64,000 bases of DNA from Tubulanus polymorphus (taxonomy: Eukaryota > Animalia > Nemertea): contig NC_134027.1 of assembly GCF_964204645.1 (NCBI RefSeq), positions 23,646,560 through 23,710,559 of the forward strand. The letters run 5' to 3'. The notes beneath the pieces are model-generated. The model worked only from the letters and a program-made list of their open reading frames with translations. It was not told where the DNA came from and did not search any database. Below, in pieces: positions 23,492 through 64,000 of this stretch (positions are counted from its first letter, which is position 1; the number at the start of each line of letters is the position of its first letter). The translations under genes were made by a program, and so were the position numbers.

Positions 23492-26400
23492 ACACAATCT
23501 GTGAGCTTTTAACACTTAACAAATGCATAATAATTATCATAATTGCTATTACCATTACTATTATTATTATTATTAATATATTTCATTAAATAATGATAAT
23601 TTAATTATATAAAACATTGTTGAGACAGTTTGCTGCTTTGGACAGTCGCGAGTAAATGAGTAGATGAAAAGGACAGCGAAAGTCCCGATACCAGCACACT
23701 GCGTGTATTACAGTCAAACGCAACATGACAAAGAAATTCCAGGTCAGTTCTTTAATTCGTCCTTACGATGGCATTGCGAGACTCTGCCACGTTCCTCCGT
23801 CACCGAGATACAGGAAACTCGTGGTGAATGTGGCCGAGTCCGACGATGCCATTAAGTCCGACATACTTACACGTATATAATGATATGCTTAAGTTCTCAT
23901 TCATTCTTATTCGTAAATTCTAGTTAATTCTTCCCCAATAAATAAGTAATCACTAACTCATACTAATGTACTTGATTCTTAACAAGCGTAAATTACAAGC
24001 TCACGATAACATACACCCCTCCACAGAGAGACAGAACTAAGGAAAGTGAAAGCTCCTTTTTGATTTTCATCGCAGGTATTACTACGAATACACCACTAAT
24101 TGAAAAATCTGCTTAACTTGTCAAAACGTAGCAAAACGACAATATTGTTCTAGTTAAAACAAAGCGCTTGGTTTCTTGAAAGAGGTTACACTTAAAACAG
24201 ACAAGTTTGAAATATTGTCGATATTGAAGATACGATGTCACCAATATGACATCAACGAAATTTTTAATGTAAAAGCCTGGCGCACGCAGCAAGATAAACA
24301 TCGAAACAAGAAACATACCCGGTACAGAATTGTGTCGTTTAGCTACTGTAACATGGCGCGTGGTAGTTGAAACGTTTCTTGTTTGCTAAATTTTGGGGCC
24401 AGAAAAAACATTTCAGTTTCGTGTGGCGTGCACACTGAATTTCACCCTTTCGTTAAACAGGACGCCACCTTGTGGCCAACGTCTATTAGCAAAGTTCTCA
24501 TTAGCCACTGATGGCAACCTTCTTAATCCGGATCATTTGGGAAAAGTGAAATCAATCCGGCTCACGAGAAATCCGCGCCTTGATTATCATATTCTTATTA
24601 GCTGGATTTAACTGATCGGGATTAAACAGGGGGGTGAATCTGGTCCAAGGGCAAAACTAAAACTGGTCGATAAACTTAACTCCCGGCAGATTTTCTATCG
24701 TAACGCAAAGAAAGACACTAGGTTTAATTCATCTCAAGTATTAATACATACTGCATGCGAAGTAATACGGACACATTTTCACAGAAAATTATTTGCATTC
24801 TTAATAACTTCAAGGCTAACCCCGCCTTGACTGAGCCAGTTTCAGAAAAAAATTAAACACCTAAATATCTGCATTTATTCAGTTTATCTTATGCTGGCAT
24901 GAATCTGCTGCCTGTAGCAGGTAGTACCTACACCTTCATACAATCACATTTTGACAACGGATGAGTGGGCAACCTGAATTCCACACACAGAGACGATCTG
25001 GCCGTGGTCAAACTGGCGCAGTCATTCACACATTACTAAAACGCTAGATGCTGTGGCAAGTGAGGAGACTCCTTTCTAGAACCTGCTCGCCTAGCATTCA
25101 AGCGCAATAATTTTGACCAATACTAAAATTTGACACGGGCCTGGTCTGATATTTTTGGTCAGTCCAAAAACTTGCGTGATCGCGGCTATGGTTTGTGGCC
25201 TTGAGTGGGAAATTTCTAAACAAGTACCTCGTGTCCGCATAAGAGACCCTTAGTGATAGTCCCTTGATTGAAGGGTGGGGGTACAGGCAGCGGATTTAGG
25301 AGTCAATCCTTTTTGTGAAACCGTCTAACAGGACACTAAGTTATGAAATGAAGTTATCCTTTCGTTGTTTCACGTTTTTGGCAACTAATTTCAACCGAAG
25401 ACAAATGAAGTAAAAAGTGACAGTAATCATTTTTCGTAACGATATCAACAATTATGTTAATTTTGCAAAGACTAATTTACATTATTTACAAGAAGTGTTT
25501 TACAGTTCTAAGTATTGCGGATGAATAACTGACAGTCGCGTGGCAGGATGGGCACTCTAGTGCTGGATCATTTTGAAATAAGGTTTGCCTACCGTGGTCA
25601 CATATTTTTGGGACTGCATACAAGGCAGACAAGATGATGCAACTTCATTTCGACAATAAATAATGATAAGTTCGAGCCGGCGCCGAGCAAAAACCGTAAT
25701 TTGAACTTTTATCGGAAAAGAGAACACACAAAACTAAATCCTAGGTCTGGCATTTTCATGAAAATCTTTTTCACCGAATTTTTAATTGTTACCTATCAAA
25801 AAGACTAACAGCATCTGAACTGAAGAGTAGAGCTTTATAAGTTCTTGGTCTCATGAACTGGTGAAAATAATAAGTTCAGTTAAAGTCGCAACTGATGTCC
25901 AACAAAGACCTAAAGTAGTAACCTTTTTTACAGAACCAAGATAAAAATAAAACCATATAACGGTACTGATTTTAAGTCAAAGCCATGACTGTACAACCTT
26001 CGAGTAATCATTTCAAACGATTACTCCAAGGTACAACCACAGATGTAAAATGGTCTTACATTGAACAAAGATGAACTTTTAGCCACTTAGGTTTAAGTAA
26101 GCCGTGACTGCACAACTGGCCGTAAACTGATAAGTTTCTAAAGAGTGCTCAATTTGATCCCACAGTTCCAAGTTAAAATACCGGTACAACAAAAGCTTCC
26201 CTTGAAAACGAAATCATTTCAACTGGGAGTTAAATCTAACTCTCAACTGCACAACTGAGTCCAGTTTCATGAAAAGATTTAACTCTGTATAGTTGTTATT
26301 TGTTTTGCTTCATTGTTTCGATGCGGCAAAGTAAACAATCTTAAGCACAGATTTTTTCACGAAACTGCGTCCAGGGAATCAGAATTGTGGATAAATTGAC

Positions 26401-27511
26401 ATCTAGACTCAAAAGAGGGTTTTCTACTTAACAGCCAGCTAAAGTCAGGTTTTAATCTGTGCGTTAAACAGACACATTTCAGAAACAACACTTCAATATA
26501 TATTTATATATATATATTCTTTATCTACATTTTTCTTTTAATCATCGAACTCACGAAAATCTAGAAGCAGCTATGAAAAAAAAAAATAATAATCAGAAAG
26601 TTGATTACGATTCAGCATGACATGTTTATCACAGAATTTGACAAATTACTTAGTATATAAAACACACCACCAATCACAATACATGACATCGCCTTCGCCA
26701 TGTATCTATCTATCGATTGACAGCGCCAATCAATCGTCTAAAATGGGACTAAACTCCACCCCTGTTTCGACGTACGGCGAAAAATATGGAAACCGTTTCA
26801 GAAACTCGATAATTATTATCATAATATAAGCAGGGAATTATTTAGTTTTCTAAAAAAAATTTTTATGCCATTTCTACTGATTTTTTTCAAACGCGGATAG
26901 CAAAAAAGGCCAAGAGCAAGACTTTTTATGTGTTGGAATTACAACTCCCCCTGCCCCCGCCTGATGAACGGTGAAGGCTACTAATTCAAAATCTAATGAC
27001 AACCTTTGTCACAAACTAATGTGGAAGGATTCCGTCTATGGCAAGTGAGGATTCACCAGGTGTGCTAGTGTGTTGTAGGGCATTAACTGCTACAGCAACA
27101 GTGGATTCCATTTGAACCTATTGAAGATGTAAAGTACCGGCAACAAGAAACCGAAATGTCAATATCAGTTTATCAAGCAATGTGATTTGCCTTAATTTCG
27201 ATCAAATATTGTAAGTACGCTATCTGGTGGCTCGGGCCTCGTTCGAGGACCCTGAAAATAGATATTCAAGGTTATCTAAGAAATCATCTAGGGGGTGCCA
27301 GGGGGCTGGGGAATTTACCAAAAAGATCAACACGAAACTAATAGCATCGACAATTCATCAATTACGTACACGGTATCACTAACTAAGCTAAAGCCGAACG
27401 TTTAAGAAAACAAAATCATTAGCGTCATCGTAAAATCATCGACCAAAAAACTGTCGTTTCTTCATTCGATTATATTCTCGAATAAGCGATAAGGAAAATC
27501 CATCGTCATCT

Positions 27512-27542
<31 letters not shown>

Positions 27543-27642
27543 TATCCGTCTGCCAGTGAAATGAGATAAAAACATGCGGCAACGTCATCTGTTCATTCGG
27601 TCGCTAAGATTCGTTCATTTGTCCGTCCGTCTGTCCGCGCGT

Positions 27643-60429
<32,787 letters not shown>

Positions 60430-61844
60430 CTGAAAATCGTCAATAAAAATAAATCACACGTTAATACACCGAATGAGACTCTGGCACTCGAGGTCACCGT
60501 TGGTCTTTCCTCTAACTCGACGCATCGCGCCATCTATAGATTTGCAATCGATTACGGTTAAAAAAATATCCGCGATACCAATGGAAAATTGTATGTTGTA
60601 ATTCAATATTCAACTGCCCCGGTGGAGAAACTTAAGACCAGGGTCCAGTTCCACAGTTCTGAGTTAAGATTTGACTCTTTTGACTCATTGAAAATGAACT
60701 AACTTTAACTCAGAGTTTACTCTAACTTACAACTGTGGAACCGAGTCCTGGTGATCCAAATTCCACGTGAGAAGATGTATTCCCTATGACAGTGCTGACT
60801 TATATCTATAAGATAGATATATCAACCCTTTTATACATCTCCAAACGTGGAAAAATGAGACCAAGATGGCCGCCAATTGCGTCAAAATTAACTGATATGT
60901 TATCCGATAAGATCGCTTCCCGAAGTAAACCCATCATGAATATCAACAGAAAATGGCAAACGATTAGTTAATAGCTACAGGTCTTTGAATTTAGACCATG
61001 TCATTTGACGGGCCGTCACAGCCATATTGAATCCGATTGACTTAATTTGCCTTTAATGAGGATACATATACATGCATGAAACATCAAGGTAATTGGTCAA
61101 AGCGTCTTCGAAATTTCCCTCTAAATCTTCAAAAATTGTGTAAAAAGTGCGGATTTTGTCGAACAACAATGGCTGCTAGTCGGCCATCTTGAATCTGCCA
61201 GTTTTTTGGTTAGAGATGTGTCTAGGGTAGATACATGTATAAACCGAATATCAAGACATCCATCGATGCGTCTTCAAAACTTCCCAAAATAACTAGGTTC
61301 CTTCTACCGACAGATAAATGGGAATAAATCGAAAAGTGAAACGCAACAGCCCCCCTGGGACTATGTCCCAAGTGGGTTGAATATTTCCATCAAAGAGATC
61401 TGAAAACAAGTCTGGGTGGGGGAGAATTATATTTGTATTGATGATATAGTGACCGATGGAGATCGATACAGTGTTTACAGACAGCACTCAGTTCAAGCCT
61501 GTTGTTATTCAATATTTCATGGTTCACGTTAAAGCCATCAGTTCAAGATGTGGTCATCATCGCGAGGGATCCATTAAAATTCTAACCGCCGAACTGTTCA
61601 ATCGTTAACTATTGAATGGCTATGATCCATTAATCAAAACAGTCGGACAACTGACTACAAACAGTTCAGCTATTCTCTATATACCAACTACACTACGAAT
61701 AAATACATATATCAACGTTTGTTGTTGGAAAAGTGAAGATCCACATTTAGGGAGTTTGATTCCATAAAATCGTTGAATCAAAGTTGACCTTTAGGTCCAC
61801 AGCTATCACCTGGGCCAACGAGTTCTAGGATCATGGATTTGACT

Positions 61845-62400
61845 CTAAATCTAGTTCCATAGTTGTGTGGGTTTATTTTGACTCTGAAGCCAGTTCCACA
61901 GTTGTGTGGGTTTAATTTGACTCTGGACCCAGTTTCACAGTTGTGTGGGTTTATTTTGACTCTGAACCCAGTTCCACAGTTGTGTGCATTTGACTTTATA
62001 CCCAGTTCCACAATTGTGTGGTTCTAATTCAATTCTGGATCCAGTTCCACAGTTGTGTGGCTCTTATTTAATTCTAGACCCAGTTCCACAGTTGTGTGGG
62101 TTTATTTTGACTCTGAACCAAGTTCCACAGTTGTGTGGGTTTGACTTTATACCCAGTTCCACAGTTGTGTGGCTCTTATTTAATTCTGGACCCAGTTCCA
62201 CAGTTGCGTGAGTTTAATTTGACTTCGGATCTAGTTTCACAGTTGTGTGGATTTAGTTTGACTCAGGATCCAATTCCACAGTTGTATAGGTCCAATTTGA
62301 CTTCCAACCCGGGTCCACGTTGTGTGGGTTTAATTCGACTCCGAAGATCCAGTTCCGCAGTCGCACGAGTTTAATATGACTTCGGACCACGGTTCCAGTA
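61845..62400 (+). repeat. ~39-bp minisatellite (CCAGTTCCACAGTTGTGTGGGTTTAATTTGACTCTGGAC), ~14 copies
   Basis: Direct reading; core equals the TIR of the 40180/60642 MITE. Confidence 0.92.
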
Positions 62401-62983
62401 GAATTAAACCCGCACAAAGTCCGCAAACACGAAGTCATAAATGAATCCATCTCGAGATCAAACGTACGACTAATTGAATTTTCGTTAATAGCCCGCGAGG
62501 GCGGCGCGAACGTCAATACGTATTAAAATCGTTTGTGCGACTGAAGAACGCGGGCGTCATCTTTATAAACCGATACCGCGAGCAAGCGCGCGAGAATGAA
62601 GGAAAACATCAATCGCATACATTTTCAAAGAGAAATAAAATGTCAATCGAAAATCAATCAGCCGACACCGAGGCTGAATTTTCTTTCATCTGATATAATA
62701 TTACGCCGACTTAAAGTTAATTCAATTCCAGACGAGGAAAAATGACGAAGACCTATATATCTCATCATCCTCCCCTGTGGCGAGGATTCGAACTTGACTC
62801 GGCATCGCTCGACTCGGCCACGGCACGGAACCCCGCCACCCTAGACCGGGAACGCAGGTTTTTTCGCACAAAAAACTTGCGGCACCAATTAGATCGCCTG
62901 TCTTTAATCGCAGAGGCAAATTTCACAGAAAAACTATAATTGGAAGATTACAGGCAGACATATCAAATATATAGACCGGAACT

Positions 62984-63581
62984 CAGGGCTGCCAACCAAT
63001 AAGTGCTACATTTTTTTGAGCAACATTTCAATGAAATATGAAAGTAAATGTTCAAATTAATCAGTAATCAACAGTAAGACCCTCATTAACATCTTTCATA
63101 TTTCTGTTCAAATTGATCAGTTATCAACGGTAAGACCCTCATTAACATCTTTCATATTTCTGTTCAAAATGATCAGTTATCAACAGTAAGACCCTCAGTA
63201 ACATCTTTCATATTTCTGTTGAAATTAATCAGTAATCAACAGTAAGACCCTCAGTAATATCTTTCATATTTCTGTTCAAATTAATCAGTAATCAACAGTA
63301 AGACCCTCAGTAACATCTTTCATATTTCTGTTCAAATTAACCAGTAATCAACAGTAAGACCCTCAGCAACATCTTTCATATTTCTGTTGAAATTAATCAG
63401 TAATCTACAGTAAGACCCTCAGTAACATCTTTTATATTACTGTTCAAACTAATCAGTAATCAACAGTAAGACCCTCAGTAACATCTTTCATATTTCTGTA
63501 TGCATCGAACAAATCGAATCAGTATTTTTCGTTACAAAATAACAATAAATATTGGAAATCAGGAACGGTTTGACAGCTCTG
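62984..63581 (+). mobile_element. TIR element with 6-bp flanking duplication and an internal 51-bp tandem array (63048-63500, ~9 copies)
   Basis: GGAACT-CAGGGCTGCCAACC ... GGTTTGACAGCTCTG-GGAACT. Confidence 0.75.
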
Positions 63582-63989
63582 GGAACTCGTAACCTACAGT
63601 CCGGTTAACGGATATATCACTGTTGAGATCTCAATCTATCCGGCTGATTGCTGATTGCTGATTTCCTTGGATAAACATTAACTTTCTACACAATTTATCT
63701 GAAGTGTCGAGACAAAAATTTCACGTCCACACGGTGATAGCGCGCGCAGTTAATTCGGCAGCCGTTCATCGGCGAAAAGTCTATCGCAACTCGGAGCCAT
63801 CGAATACTGAGTAAGAGGCTCGTGGAGTAGACTCCATCTCGTACTCGGTAAAGTTGGTAAAATTTGTGTTCGGACTAAAAGCTGAATAAAATGCCACCAC
63901 CGAGTCGGGCGCCGTACACCGAGAACGACAGCCCAACCTAAATATAGGGGACTGTAGTTCGAGTTCTGGAAAATAGCAGGCGAATTGTC

Positions 63990-64000
63990 GACTTACTTTA
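63990..64000 (-). other. Candidate splice donor of GPI exon 1 at the window edge
   Basis: Minus strand reads TAAA|GTAAGTCG (donor G at 63996), like the other GPI donors; only 4 exon bases are visible, so it cannot be confirmed. Confidence 0.35.

Overview
Eukaryotic (animal, most likely marine invertebrate-type) genomic DNA; no prokaryotic system, CRISPR array, rRNA or intact tRNA was seen. The window has two parts. (1) 1-18.5 kb is a cluster of intronless rhodopsin-class (class A) GPCR genes. A ~4.56-4.58 kb unit carrying a head-to-head pair of unrelated receptors (A on -, B on +) occurs three times, followed by a 1.6 kb microhomology-bounded duplication (half copy of B) and a third, unrelated receptor C. 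The array junctions lie inside the left end of a TIR element whose single right end (with a matching 7-bp flank) is at ~16.19 kb. The B copies are mosaic, with a ~175-bp island of ~21% divergence over TM6-ECL3-TM7 in a background of ~1% divergence. (2) 27.6-64 kb holds a minus-strand glucose-6-phosphate isomerase gene: 14 coding exons were traced by hand with GT-AG boundaries and consistent phases (1540 nt), and exon 1 is probably just beyond the window edge. Its introns are filled with MITEs, SINE fragments and many minisatellites, several visibly derived from the ends of those elements. All alignments and counts were done by eye and no database search was run.
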